Counted from the first letter of the stretch, positions 1 to 9,295 are shown. The stretch: 33,880 nt of DNA from Crenotrichaceae bacterium (GCA_011322755.1 DRLZ01000184.1:1-33880); one strand, 5' to 3'. Program-made: numbers and translations. The notes: a model not told the origin generated them from the letters alone.

Positions 1-239
1 AAGCGCGGATGAGCACCCTCAGCAGCACGGATAACAATCGGGTTTTCAGCGGTGCCGGAAATTGAAAAGCTAAATCGCTCAGTCAGCGCGTAATGACCAT
101 CTTCCAGAATCAAAGTATCACCAGCCAGCAACGTATTGATGATTTTCTCCACATCATCGCCGGGTTTGGCAGAGAGCGTACGGGCTGACAACGAAGCTGA
201 AAACAAAAACAGTAATGACAACGACAATAATTTTTTCAA
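1..239 (-). CDS. N-terminal part of a secreted protein (signal peptide; possibly right-handed beta-helix / polysaccharide-lyase-like); gene continues past the window start
   Basis: Not in the ORF track because it runs off the edge. The reverse strand reads AGGAA-N5-TTG, then KKLLSLSLLFLFSASLSARTLSAKPGDDVEKIINTLLAGDTLILEDGHYALTERFSFSISGTAENPIVIRAAEGAHPR. This is a hydrophobic signal peptide followed by a PGD..I.L.DG.Y...F..GT...PI.I.A pattern that I recall from N-termini of beta-helix lyases. The family call is recollection only. Confidence 0.4.
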   Translation of the reverse strand, partial: MKKLLSLSLLFLFSASLSARTLSAKPGDDVEKIINTLLAGDTLILEDGHYALTERFSFSISGTAENPIVIRAAEGAHPR

Positions 240-624
240 GAATGTTCCTGTTTGATAACAAAGATTGCAGGCACTAAAATTGACTTTCTGATTGAGAAGT
301 AACAGAAATTCATTGTGCAAGTCAAGTCATTGTCTGGCGGATTCAACTCTCTAGTGCAGCATGCTGTCTGCAATCACAACGGACAGCCTCTTGGTATTCG
401 ATTCCAGCAGCTCATCGATCCAAAAACACGATTCCAGGGTTTGGCGATGATTATCGCCAGCACTTTCTTCAGTACTGATGGTAACCGGCAAGCGTTTCAC
501 TGTCACTGCACGGAATGCCTTCGTTCGGCATAGTACCCGCCGATACAGCAGTAGCAGAAAACACCTTGCTCTGAATAAGCACAGTGACAGCTACCAGTCA
601 TACCAAGATGATGATCCCATCACC

Positions 625-1845
625 CTAGTCCCAGCTCAACGCCCCGCCGGTTTGATACTCAGTAACTCTGGTTTCAAAGAAATTTTTCTCTTTCTTTAAA
701 TCCAGCGCTTCACTCATCCATGGAAAGGGGTTGGCTGCCCCTGGGTATTGTTCAGGCAAACCAATCTGACTGCATCTTCGGTTGGCGATAAATTCCAGAT
801 ACTCTTTAAACATGGGAGCATTTAAGCCCAGTATGCCATTCGGCATGGTATCAAATGCGTATTGAGATTCTATTTTGACTGCATCCCGGATCATTGTGGT
901 AATTTCGTCTTTAAAATCAGTTGTCCACAGGTGTGGATTTTCCAGTTTGATCTGGTTGATGACATCGATACCAAAGTTCATATGCATGGATTCATCGCGT
1001 AAAATATACTGGAATTGCTCAGCTGTTCCGGTCATTTTGTTGCGTCTGCCCATGGATAAAATCTGGGTGAAACCAACATAGAAGAAAATACCTTCAAAAA
1101 TCACATAGAATGCAATCAGTTCTTGCAGCAACACCTGATCGGCTTCCGGCGTTCCGGTTGAGAAATGTGGATCACTGAGATGTTGGGTAAACGGCAGCGC
1201 CCATTCTGCCTTACGCGCAACCGCAGGAATCTCGCGATACATGTTGAAAATCTCGCCTTCATCCATCGCCAGTGATTCAATGACATACTGGTAAGCATGT
1301 GTATGCAAGGCTTCTTCGAAGGCTTGCCTGAGCAAATACTGGCGACATTCAGGATTGGTAATATGGCGGTAGACTGCAAGCACCAGGTTGTTGGCAACCA
1401 GTGAATCTGCAGTCGAAAAAAAGCCCAGGTTACGCATGATAATCATACGCTCATCTTCGGTTAACCCATCGGGGCTTTTCCACAGCGCAATGTCGGCAGT
1501 CATGTTGATTTCCTGCGGCATCCAGTGATTAGCGCACGCATCAAGATACTTTTGCCAGGCCCATTGGTACTTAAATGGCACCAGTTGATTCAGGTCTGCT
1601 CTGCAATTGATGATTTTTTTATCATCAACCTGAATCCTGTCAGCCCCCATTTCAATGGCTTCAAGACCAACATGTCCGTGTTGTTGCGATTCAGATTGTG
1701 GCTGATTCACATCATCACTCACTGTACTGACAGATTCAGTTTTCTGCGTGTCAGATGCATTAATTACGTTGCGGTGTAATGTTTTATTCTGTGCTGCGTC
1801 AGGCTGGCTGGCTAATTCAGCAAACGGATCATCCCAGTTCATCAT
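625..1845 (-). CDS. nrdB: Ribonucleotide reductase class Ia beta subunit (R2)
   Basis: 406-aa ORF with ferritin-like di-iron ligand motifs [19 protein letters not shown] and RDESMHMNF. It has a long polar N-terminal extension as in Pseudomonas-type NrdB. GAGGAA SD; starts 34 nt after the nrdA stop. Confidence 0.95.
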   Translation of the reverse strand: MMNWDDPFAELASQPDAAQNKTLHRNVINASDTQKTESVSTVSDDVNQPQSESQQHGHVGLEAIEMGADRIQVDDKKIINCRADLNQLVPFKYQWAWQKYLDACANHWMPQEINMTADIALWKSPDGLTEDERMIIMRNLGFFSTADSLVANNLVLAVYRHITNPECRQYLLRQAFEEALHTHAYQYVIESLAMDEGEIFNMYREIPAVARKAEWALPFTQHLSDPHFSTGTPEADQVLLQELIAFYVIFEGIFFYVGFTQILSMGRRNKMTGTAEQFQYILRDESMHMNFGIDVINQIKLENPHLWTTDFKDEITTMIRDAVKIESQYAFDTMPNGILGLNAPMFKEYLEFIANRRCSQIGLPEQYPGAANPFPWMSEALDLKKEKNFFETRVTEYQTGGALSWD

Positions 1846-1879
1846 GGTTGGTTCCTCAGTTATTCAGTCGTTACGCTAG

Positions 1880-4756
1880 TTATTGGCAGGCTTCACATTC
1901 AGGATCAAGAATTGAGCACATCTTGACTTCGTCAGTGTCTTCTGTGTTGCTCACTGCATTGAGCTTGCCATCGGTTAATGTGCTTTTTTCAACATGTGTT
2001 GCACCGACGCTGCGTAAATAATACGTTGTTTTCAAACCACGCAACCAGGCCTGCTTATACAACGTGTCGAGTTTCTTCCCATCCGGTTCTGCCATATACA
2101 AATTCAGGGATTGTGACTGATCAATCCATTTCTGGCGTCGTGATCCAGCTTCAATCAACCAGCGCGGGTCAATTTCAAATGCTGTCGCATACAGTTGCTT
2201 GAGATCATCAGGGATGCGTTCGATTTGCTGCACACTGCCATCGTAGTATTTAAGATCGTTAATCATCACCTCATCCCAAAGCCCAAGCTTTTTCAGATCA
2301 TCCACAAGATAAGGATTAACAACAGTAAATTCACCTGACAGGTTCGATTTAACAAACAGGTTTTGGTAAGTTGGTTCTATCGATTGCGATACACCGCAAA
2401 TATTGGATATCGTTGCTGTTGGCGCAATCGCCATGGTATTTGAATTGCGCATGCCACTGGTTATCACCCGCTCGCGCAAACTGTCCCAATCCAGGGTTTG
2501 GGATTCATCAACTTGCAGATATTGACCCCGATGCTCTTTCAACAGGGCAATCGAGTCGATCGGAAGCGTGCCCTTGCTCCATAATGAGTTAACGAAAGAA
2601 GAATACGCACCGCGTTGTTCTGCAAGCCCGGCTGATGCCTGAATTGTAAAGTAACTGACTGCTTCCATACTGCGATCGGCAAATTCAACCGCTTGCTCAG
2701 AGCCGTACACAATACGTTGCTTGTAAAGAGCATCCTGAAAACCCATGACGCCTAATCCAACCGGACGATGGCGCAGGTTGGAACGACGCGCTTGCGGTAC
2801 GCTGTAGAAATTGTAGTCAATCACATTATCCAGCATGCGCATGGCAGTGGCGATGGTTTGCTCAAGTTTCTGGTGATCAAGACCATCTTCTGTTACATGT
2901 GCAGCGAGATTAACAGAGCCAAGATTACAGACTGCTATTTCCTGATCTGATGTATTCAAGGTGATTTCGGTACACAGATTTGAGCTATGTACAACACCAA
3001 CATGTTGCTGTGGAGAGCGGATATTGCAAGGATCTTTAAAAGTAATCCACGGATGCCCTGTTTCATAGAGCATGGACAGCATTTTGCGCCACAGCTGCTT
3101 GGCAGGCATACGCTTGAAATTAGTGATTTGACCACTGTCTGCCAAGGCTTCGTAGGCAATATAGGCACGTTCAAAATCAAGACCGAATAAATCATGCAAA
3201 TCTGTCACATCATTGGGCGAGAACAGCGTCCAATCGCCATCTTCAGCAACACGTTTCAATAACAGGTCGGGAACCCATGCCGCGGTGTTCATATCATGGG
3301 TGCGACGACGGTCATCACCGGTATTTTTGCGCAACTCCAGAAACTCTTCGATATCACAATGCCAGGTTTCCAGATAAGCGCACATGGCGCCTTTGCGTTT
3401 GCCGCCCTGGTTAACAGCAACCGCAGTATCATTAGCAACCTTGAGAAAGGGCACAACACCTTGAGACTGGCCGTTGGTGCCTTTGATATGAGATCCCATG
3501 GAGCGTACCCGGGTCCAGTCATTCCCGAGTCCACCGGCATATTTCGACAGCAATGCATCGTCTTTGATGGCACTGAAAATACCATCCAGATCGTCAGGAA
3601 TAGTGGTCAGATAACACGAAGAGAGTTGCGGTCTGCGGGTTCCCGAATTAAACAGGGTTGGCGTTGAACACATGAAATCAAAACTGGAAATCAGGTTATA
3701 AAATTCAATTGCCTTGCCTTCACGATCAATTTCATTAATTGCCAGACCCATTGCGACACGCATAAAAAAAGCCTGGGGCAGTTCAAAACGGATTTCTTTA
3801 TGATGGATAAAATATCGGTCATAAAGGGTTTGCAGCCCCAGGAAGTTGAACAGCAAGTCACGCTCTGGCTGCAGCGCACCGCCAAGTTTTTCAAGATTAT
3901 ACGTTGCCAGCTCAGGATCAAGCAGCTCCAGCTCAACAGATTTTTCAATATAATCAATAAAATAGTCTGGATAACGATCTGCCATCTCATGCAGAGTCGC
4001 TTCTGTTTTCGTGTCGTAGATAAAAGTCAGTGCTTCTCTGCGTAATTTATCCAGCAATAACCGCGCTGTAACAAATGAGTAATCAGGTTCTTTTTCTATC
4101 TGGGTACGCGCGCTCATAATCAAGGTGAGTGGCACATCTTTTTCAGGAACGCCGTCAAACAAATTGCGTTCCGTTTCGCTCAGGATAAAATCACCATCAA
4201 CGTTATCCAGATGGTGGCAGGCTTCCTCAATAATGGTTGTCAGACGAGCAATATCAAGCGGAACCTGGGAACCATCGTCCAGGGTAATTGAAACGGTAGT
4301 TTTGTCTTGCCTGGTCGTCAGGTTTTTATTTTCAAGCGCACGTTGACGCGCGTGTTCTTCTCTGTACAGAACGTAAGCACGTGCCACTTTATGATGCTCG
4401 CTGCGCATCATTGCAAGCTCAACCTGATCCTGAATATCTTCGATATGGATGGTGCCGCCGCTGGGTTGGCGTCGTGTGAGCGCATTCACGACCTGACTGG
4501 TAATTTGTGCAACGCTTTCATGAATACGACTGCTGGCTGCCGCATTGCCCCCCTCGACGGCCAGAAAAGCCTTGGTGACAGCAATTGCAATTTTGTTTTC
4601 ATCAAATGTTGTTACTTTTCCGTTGCGCCGGATCACATTGATATTGACTGAGGAGCTGTCTGACCGCGATGAGTGACCATCAAACGCCTCTGTTGAAAGA
4701 TGTTTGTCTGCCACTCCGTGCGCAGCTGGTGTCGCGTCAGATGATTCAATAGCCAT
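1880..4756 (-). CDS. nrdA: Ribonucleotide reductase class Ia alpha subunit (R1), with N-terminal ATP-cone plus a second degenerate cone
   Basis: The ORF-track start at 4780 is TTG. I prefer ATG at 4756, preceded by GGAGGG (CCCTCC at 4763-4768 on +). ATP-cone VIRRNGKVTTFDENKI...YVLYREEHA, active-site loop SSNLCTEI, C-terminal redox tail CSILDPECEACQ. Confidence 0.95.
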   Translation of the reverse strand: MAIESSDATPAAHGVADKHLSTEAFDGHSSRSDSSSVNINVIRRNGKVTTFDENKIAIAVTKAFLAVEGGNAAASSRIHESVAQITSQVVNALTRRQPSGGTIHIEDIQDQVELAMMRSEHHKVARAYVLYREEHARQRALENKNLTTRQDKTTVSITLDDGSQVPLDIARLTTIIEEACHHLDNVDGDFILSETERNLFDGVPEKDVPLTLIMSARTQIEKEPDYSFVTARLLLDKLRREALTFIYDTKTEATLHEMADRYPDYFIDYIEKSVELELLDPELATYNLEKLGGALQPERDLLFNFLGLQTLYDRYFIHHKEIRFELPQAFFMRVAMGLAINEIDREGKAIEFYNLISSFDFMCSTPTLFNSGTRRPQLSSCYLTTIPDDLDGIFSAIKDDALLSKYAGGLGNDWTRVRSMGSHIKGTNGQSQGVVPFLKVANDTAVAVNQGGKRKGAMCAYLETWHCDIEEFLELRKNTGDDRRRTHDMNTAAWVPDLLLKRVAEDGDWTLFSPNDVTDLHDLFGLDFERAYIAYEALADSGQITNFKRMPAKQLWRKMLSMLYETGHPWITFKDPCNIRSPQQHVGVVHSSNLCTEITLNTSDQEIAVCNLGSVNLAAHVTEDGLDHQKLEQTIATAMRMLDNVIDYNFYSVPQARRSNLRHRPVGLGVMGFQDALYKQRIVYGSEQAVEFADRSMEAVSYFTIQASAGLAEQRGAYSSFVNSLWSKGTLPIDSIALLKEHRGQYLQVDESQTLDWDSLRERVITSGMRNSNTMAIAPTATISNICGVSQSIEPTYQNLFVKSNLSGEFTVVNPYLVDDLKKLGLWDEVMINDLKYYDGSVQQIERIPDDLKQLYATAFEIDPRWLIEAGSRRQKWIDQSQSLNLYMAEPDGKKLDTLYKQAWLRGLKTTYYLRSVGATHVEKSTLTDGKLNAVSNTEDTDEVKMCSILDPECEACQ

Positions 4757-4789
4757 GGTATGCCCTCCAGATAATCCCAATCGTGTTAA

Positions 4790-4805
4790 ATACTATATAT
4801 CGTAT
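4790..4805. promoter_or_regulatory. NrdR box 1 (promoter-proximal)
   Basis: ATACTATATATCGTAT is palindromic at 14 of 16 positions. It resembles the NrdR consensus acaCwAtATaTwGtgt as I recall it and overlaps the putative -10. Confidence 0.55.
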
Positions 4806-4821
4806 CTAGAATTATAGTCAA
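4794..4821 (-). promoter_or_regulatory. Putative sigma70 promoter of nrdAB
   Basis: The minus strand reads TTGACT (4821-4816), a 16-nt spacer, then TATATA (4799-4794), about 38 nt upstream of the nrdA ATG. Both elements are overlapped or abutted by the NrdR boxes. Confidence 0.4.
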
Positions 4822-4822
4822 G

Positions 4823-4836
4823 CACAATATAATGTG
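4823..4836. promoter_or_regulatory. NrdR box 2 (promoter-distal)
   Basis: CACAATATAATGTG is a near-perfect palindrome (12 of 14). Its centre is 32 bp from the centre of box 1, about three helical turns, which is the usual tandem NrdR arrangement. Confidence 0.55.
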
Positions 4837-4854
4837 ATAAAGCTGGTTAAAATT

Positions 4855-4884
4855 TGTGGATAACATGTGGATTATTGTGCATAA
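4855..4884 (-). promoter_or_regulatory. Three tandem DnaA boxes upstream of the nrdAB promoter
   Basis: The + strand has TGTGGATAA (4855-4863), TGTGGATTA (4866-4874) and TGTGCATAA (4876-4884). On the minus strand these read TTATCCACA (perfect), TAATCCACA (1 mismatch) and TTATGCACA (fits TTWTNCACA). Spacing is 10-11 bp, all in the same orientation as nrdA. Confidence 0.5.
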
Positions 4885-5233
4885 CCTGCAACGAGAGCCT
4901 GATATGCCACAGCTCAGTGCGCCTAGGCGGCGCTTAATCGTCCCATTTAAAACAAATGACGCTTGATTGCTCTATTGACTACAAATCACTTTTGCGGTAA
5001 TACCACAAACACAATTGACAGACATCATTGCCCAGTTCACCATACATGTGCTAAGAGGCAAACCGAGTGTTTCTTTCGGTAGTCTCGCTTCTGTTAATGT
5101 GGCATTACAAAGTAACAATATTTTTAGTTATTCCCCTGAACTCGATTGCGAGCAGTAGAAAAACAGCCCTATTGGATAAAAACAAGCTGATACCAATGTT
5201 CATTTAGCTAAATTTAAAGGATAACCAAAAACC

Positions 5234-6313
5234 ATGTCATCCAGATTTTCGAGTTACGGCGATCAATTTAAATCCTGGCTGGATCGCGTTTTTAGTGATC
5301 CACAAGTGTTTATACTCGCATTACTGCTGGTATTGGGTTGCGTTCTGATTGTGCTACTCTCCGATATCTTAATGCCGGTATTTGCAGCCGGTGTCATTGC
5401 ATATCTTCTCGATGGCGTGATCGGGCTGCTTGCTCGTCTGAAAATACCAAGACTGCCTACGGTGCTGATTGTATTCGGACTTTTTTTAACTTTAGTCACC
5501 TTTATTTTGCTCGCGCTCGTCCCTTTGCTCTATCAGCAAACAGTACAATTAGTTGATCAGTTTCCACAGCTGTTTAACCGTGCGCAGGAAGCAATCATCC
5601 AGTTACCGGAGCACTATCCTCATTTTGTTTCTGCTGAACAAATCGACGAAATCCTCAGCGCAGTCAGAACCCAGACATTTACTTACACTCAGGACATTCT
5701 GTCCATGTCAGCTGCGTCATTGATTGGTTTGATATCAATGGTTGTGTATCTTGTCCTGGTACCACTGCTTGTCTTTTTCTTTCTAAAGGATAAAGACAGA
5801 ATCATGCGCTGGCTCATGCATTATTTACCCGGCGACCGTCGATTAGTTCGCCAGGTATGGCGCCAGGTTGACAAACAGATTGGTAATTATATTCGTGGAA
5901 AATTTCTGGAACTGGCGCTATTAGGTGTTGCCAGCTTTATCAGTTTTTATCTGCTGGGACTAAATTATTCATTGCTACTGGCTGTAGCAATGGGTTTGTC
6001 TGTGCTGATCCCGTATGTTGGCGCAACTGTTGTGACAATTCCGGTTGTTGTGGTCGCGTATTTACAGTGGGGAATTAACACTCAGTTTTGGTATGTAATG
6101 ATTGCCTATACCATTGTGCAAGTCATTGATGGCACTATTCTGGTTCCAGTCTTGTTTTCTGAAGTCGTTGACCTTCATCCGGTAGCGATTATCGTCGCAA
6201 TTTTATTTTTTGGCGGATTATGGGGATTTTGGGGTGTGTTTTTTGCGATACCACTAGCCATTCTTGTTCAGGCTGTTCTGTCTGTCAATCCTAAAGTGAG
6301 AACGACATTATAG
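5234..6313 (+). CDS. AI-2E family transporter / PerM-like permease (UPF0118)
   Basis: 359-aa polytopic membrane protein with about 8 hydrophobic segments. The central loop RWLMHYLPGDRRLVRQVWRQVDKQIGNYIRGKF and the PYVGA motif are typical of this family. Family call by recollection. Confidence 0.8.
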   Translation: MSSRFSSYGDQFKSWLDRVFSDPQVFILALLLVLGCVLIVLLSDILMPVFAAGVIAYLLDGVIGLLARLKIPRLPTVLIVFGLFLTLVTFILLALVPLLYQQTVQLVDQFPQLFNRAQEAIIQLPEHYPHFVSAEQIDEILSAVRTQTFTYTQDILSMSAASLIGLISMVVYLVLVPLLVFFFLKDKDRIMRWLMHYLPGDRRLVRQVWRQVDKQIGNYIRGKFLELALLGVASFISFYLLGLNYSLLLAVAMGLSVLIPYVGATVVTIPVVVVAYLQWGINTQFWYVMIAYTIVQVIDGTILVPVLFSEVVDLHPVAIIVAILFFGGLWGFWGVFFAIPLAILVQAVLSVNPKVRTTL

Positions 6314-6347
6314 CAATCCTCAGTAGAAAAGCGTTGCCAGGAATCCA

Positions 6348-7871
6348 TTGATCGAAAAAATAGTTAGAAAAATTCTCCAGGCAGAGGTTTATGATATTGC
6401 CGATCAAACACCTCTGACACCGGCGCCACTGTTATCGCGGCGTTTGAATAATTCAATTTATATCAAACGCGAAGATTTACAACCTGTATTCTCTTTCAAA
6501 CTGCGCGGCGCATACAATAAAATGGCTCAGCTTGATCACTGCTCGCGTGACAAAGGCGTTATCGCTGCTTCAGCTGGAAACCATGCACAAGGTGTCGCAA
6601 TGTCGGCAACCAGGCTCGGCATCTCAGCGTTAATCGTGATGCCGAAAACCACCCCGGAAATAAAAGTCAACGCAGTTCAGCAGCTCGGTGCCAAAACGAT
6701 CCTGCATGGAGATTCATATGATGAAGCCTGTCAGCATGCGCTCGTACTCGCAGAGCAAAGCAGCCGTACATTTATCCATGCTTACGATGATATTGATGTG
6801 ATTGCCGGTCAGGGAACCATCGGCATGGAAATACTGAACCAGAAAAGCGCTTCGATCGATGCTATTTTTGTTCCGGTTGGCGGCGGCGGTCTGATTTCTG
6901 GAATTGCATCTTATGTTAAATTTGTACGCCCGGATATCAAAATTATCGGTGTTGAGCCCGACAATGCTGACAGCATGGGGCAGGCGATGAAAACAGGGCA
7001 TCGTGTGGTGCTGGAGCAAGTCGGCTTATTTGCAGATGGTGTTGCTGTTCGACAAGCAGGGAAACAGACGTTTGCGATAGCAAACAAGCTGGTTGATGAA
7101 ATGATTTCAGTCACAACGGATGAAATTTGTGCTGCAATTAAAGATATTTTTGATGAAACAAGAGCGATTGCCGAGCCAGCAGGCGCATTGGCTGTTGCCG
7201 GACTCAAAAACTATGTTGACGCACGCTCTGTCAACAATCAATGCCTGATTGCTATTAACAGCGGCGCCAATACTAATTTCGATCGCTTGCGCTATGTAGC
7301 TGAACGCGCCGAACTGGGTGAGCATAAAGAAGCCTTGCTGGCAGTCACTATTCCCGAACAACCCGGAAGTTTTCTGGAATTTTGTACACTGATAGGAGCA
7401 CACAGCGTCACTGAATTCAACTACCGTTATTTTCATTCGGTAGATGCGCAGGTTTTTGTTGGTATCGCAATTTCGGCAGAAAATGATGCGCGTCAAAATA
7501 TCATCCAACAATTTTCTCAGGCCGGATTATCTGCTATTGACATGACTGAAAACGAGCTGGCCAAGGAACACATACGCTACATGGTTGGCGGACATATGCC
7601 GGATATCCACAATGAGCGCATTTTCTCGATTGAGTTTCCCGAACGTCCAGGCGCTTTGCTGGATTTTCTGACTGTGTTGAATAAACGCTGGAATATCAGC
7701 CTGTTTCACTATCGAAACCATGGTGCAGCATTTGGTCGCGTATTGCTGGGAATGCAAATTGAAGAACAGGATAGCGCTGTTTTTTCCTCGTGTATGGACA
7801 AACTGGGCTATCGCTATACAGAGGAAACCGAAAATACTGCTTACATCCTGTTTGCCGGGAATCAGCGCTGA
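6348..7871 (+). CDS. ilvA: Biosynthetic threonine ammonia-lyase (threonine dehydratase)
   Basis: 507 aa, TTG start with AGGAA SD. PLP-lysine motif FSFKLRGAYNKM, then SAGNHAQG and PVGGGGL. Two C-terminal ACT-like regulatory repeats (VTEFNYRY..., NISLFHYRNHG...). Collinear with E. coli IlvA. Confidence 0.93.
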   Translation: MIEKIVRKILQAEVYDIADQTPLTPAPLLSRRLNNSIYIKREDLQPVFSFKLRGAYNKMAQLDHCSRDKGVIAASAGNHAQGVAMSATRLGISALIVMPKTTPEIKVNAVQQLGAKTILHGDSYDEACQHALVLAEQSSRTFIHAYDDIDVIAGQGTIGMEILNQKSASIDAIFVPVGGGGLISGIASYVKFVRPDIKIIGVEPDNADSMGQAMKTGHRVVLEQVGLFADGVAVRQAGKQTFAIANKLVDEMISVTTDEICAAIKDIFDETRAIAEPAGALAVAGLKNYVDARSVNNQCLIAINSGANTNFDRLRYVAERAELGEHKEALLAVTIPEQPGSFLEFCTLIGAHSVTEFNYRYFHSVDAQVFVGIAISAENDARQNIIQQFSQAGLSAIDMTENELAKEHIRYMVGGHMPDIHNERIFSIEFPERPGALLDFLTVLNKRWNISLFHYRNHGAAFGRVLLGMQIEEQDSAVFSSCMDKLGYRYTEETENTAYILFAGNQR

Positions 7872-7882
7872 CTCCCGGCGCG

Positions 7883-8350
7883 TTAACCTTTATCTTCGAG
7901 CGACAGTATAAAATCCCATTGTTGCTGCGTCACAGGCATAATGGATAACCGGTTACCGCGACACACCAGCGGCATTGTTTCCAGCTCCGGGCAGGTTTTC
8001 AGTTCAGTCAGAGAAATGGTACGATCCAGTTTTCTTACAAACTGGATATCCACCATAAACCAGCGTGGCTGATCAGGATCACTTTTAGCATCATAATGCT
8101 TATCGTTTACATCAAACGCTGTGAAGTCAGGGTAACTTTCTCGAACAACCTTCATAATGCCAACAATGCCCGGGGTCTGGCAGTTTGAATGATAGAAAAA
8201 AACCAGGTCGCCAATTTTCATTTGATCACGCATCATATTGCGTGCCTGATAATTCCTTACACCATCCCAGTGCTCTGTCTGCTCAGGCATAGCCTGAAGA
8301 TCATCAATACTAAACTCTTCCGGTTCAGATTTCATTAACCAGTAATTCAT
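7883..8350 (-). CDS. EVE (PUA-like) domain protein
   Basis: 155 aa. The N-terminus MNYWLMKSEPEEFSIDDL...WDGVRNYQARNMMRD is the typical EVE-domain signature. Confidence 0.85.
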   Translation of the reverse strand: MNYWLMKSEPEEFSIDDLQAMPEQTEHWDGVRNYQARNMMRDQMKIGDLVFFYHSNCQTPGIVGIMKVVRESYPDFTAFDVNDKHYDAKSDPDQPRWFMVDIQFVRKLDRTISLTELKTCPELETMPLVCRGNRLSIMPVTQQQWDFILSLEDKG

Positions 8351-8399
8351 ACGTTGAAAGCAATATAATTAAAAGAGAGTCATTGAATACTCTGGATAA

Positions 8400-8432
8400 A
8401 AGCAAACACGATGACAGAATAGAGACGTGTTC
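8400..8432 (-). terminator. Weak hairpin plus U-rich tract 3' of 6S RNA
   Basis: The minus strand reads GAACACG-N15-CGTGTT followed by TGCTTTTAT. The stem is only 6 bp and the loop is long, and the EVE gene follows on the same strand, so termination is at best partial. Confidence 0.3.
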
Positions 8433-8445
8433 TATAGAGGTAAGT

Positions 8446-8632
8446 AAATTGATCCCCGCATGCGCCGTAGCCTGCTATTGCTCTTGAACCAATAGGTTCA
8501 AGTGGGAAAAGAGATCATAAATCAGGCTTCCCGTTCAATGGCGGGCTTGCACATTTTACAATCATCAACATTCCCGGGTTAGTAATTAGGCTCAAGAAAA
8601 ACCCAGCTGACCTTCGAACGCTGCAGGGAAAC
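8446..8632 (-). ncRNA. ssrS: 6S RNA
   Basis: Immediately downstream of zapA on the same strand, as in E. coli. The minus-strand sequence aligns by eye with E. coli 6S: GUUUCCCUGCAGCGUUCG... at the 5' end, then UGAGCC, GAAUGU and GAAGCCU. The conserved hairpin CUUGAACC-UAUU-GGUUCAAG is present, and the 3' end ...GGCGCAUGCGGGGAUC pairs with the 5' end. Ends are uncertain by about 10 nt. Confidence 0.8.
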
Positions 8633-8751
8633 TTTATTTTACAACGCTAGCTACGCAATGACTAGCAGGAAATAAAAAAACAAATTGTCTTCTCAAGAAA
8701 ACCTGTCACGGGCAAAATCGATGCCAGTTTTGCTGGTAGAACAGACTTGAT

Positions 8752-9075
8752 TCAGGAGCGGGAGTCCAGTGTTGAAAGAACCGTATCAATTCTGTCCTGC
8801 AAATTACTAACCCGGTCATTGAGTTCCGGTTCAACGGCTAACTCTACCGCACTGCTATTCCCACTTTGCAACAACTCATGCGTCACATTTAACGCCGCCA
8901 TCACGGCAATGCGTTCTGCGCCAAATACACGCCCTGAGTCACGTATTTCATCCATTTTCGATTCAAGCTGACGAGCGGCTTCGAGCAACCCATCACGTTC
9001 ATCGAGCGGACAAACAATGTGATACTCTTTTCCAAGTATGGTAATGCGAACCGGGCGTCGAGAAGAATCCTTCAT
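8752..9075 (-). CDS. zapA: Cell division protein ZapA
   Basis: 107 aa. ITILGKEYHIVCPLDERDGLLEAARQLESKMDEIRDSGRVFGAERIAVMAALNVTHELL matches the ZapA family pattern. Conserved position upstream of ssrS. Confidence 0.9.
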   Translation of the reverse strand: MKDSSRRPVRITILGKEYHIVCPLDERDGLLEAARQLESKMDEIRDSGRVFGAERIAVMAALNVTHELLQSGNSSAVELAVEPELNDRVSNLQDRIDTVLSTLDSRS

Positions 9076-9082
9076 TGTCGTA

Positions 9083-9295
9083 TTATTGATGGTTGATTCC
9101 CTTCAAGCGGGTTATCATAGCTTCAACGCGGGTTTTAGCGAGAGTTGTTTTTTCAATCAGCTGGGAACGCTCTTTAATGAGTTCATCGTTTCTGCTGCGC
9201 AGAGAACGATTTTCTTCGTCCATTGTCCATATTCTGGCAATAAGCGCGTCAACTTTCTGTTCCAGCTGATCAATCTGTTGAGATGGGCTTTTCAT
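9083..9295 (-). CDS. Small coiled-coil protein upstream of zapA (TIGR02449-like / ZapB-like)
   Basis: I replaced the ORF-track start 9373 with ATG 9295 (MKSPSQQIDQLEQKVDALI...). 70 aa, heptad-rich, with ...NRSLRSRNDELIKERSQLIEKTTLAKTRVEAMITRLKG. The gap to zapA is 7 nt. Confidence 0.7.
   Translation of the reverse strand: MKSPSQQIDQLEQKVDALIARIWTMDEENRSLRSRNDELIKERSQLIEKTTLAKTRVEAMITRLKGINHQ

Noticed and set aside
503-601. 32-codon Cys-rich minus-strand ORF (MTGSCHCAYSEQGVFCYCCIGGYYAERRHSVQ) just after nrdB
   Set aside because: It has no Shine-Dalgarno sequence, I recognise no family, and the composition is consistent with chance. It is not a plant-type ferredoxin motif.
315-699. Plus-strand ORFs 315-533 and 478-699 from the track
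   Set aside because: They overlap each other and the nrdB 3' end. They have no RBS and no recognisable family. They are most likely frame shadows in a non-coding or degenerate region.
4757-4780. Upstream-extended starts given by the ORF track (nrdA 4780, coiled-coil 9373, ubiH 11328, DUF4404 14862, tgpA 21067, membrane protein 29197)
   Set aside because: In each case an internal ATG is preceded by a better SD, and it removes an overlap or matches the usual family N-terminus. The extensions encode non-conserved-looking sequence.
4855-4884. DnaA-box cluster as a possible replication origin
   Set aside because: There are only three boxes, with no adjacent AT-rich unwinding repeats or GATC cluster. 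The boxes lie directly upstream of the nrdAB promoter, where DnaA boxes are known to act as transcriptional control sites in E. coli.
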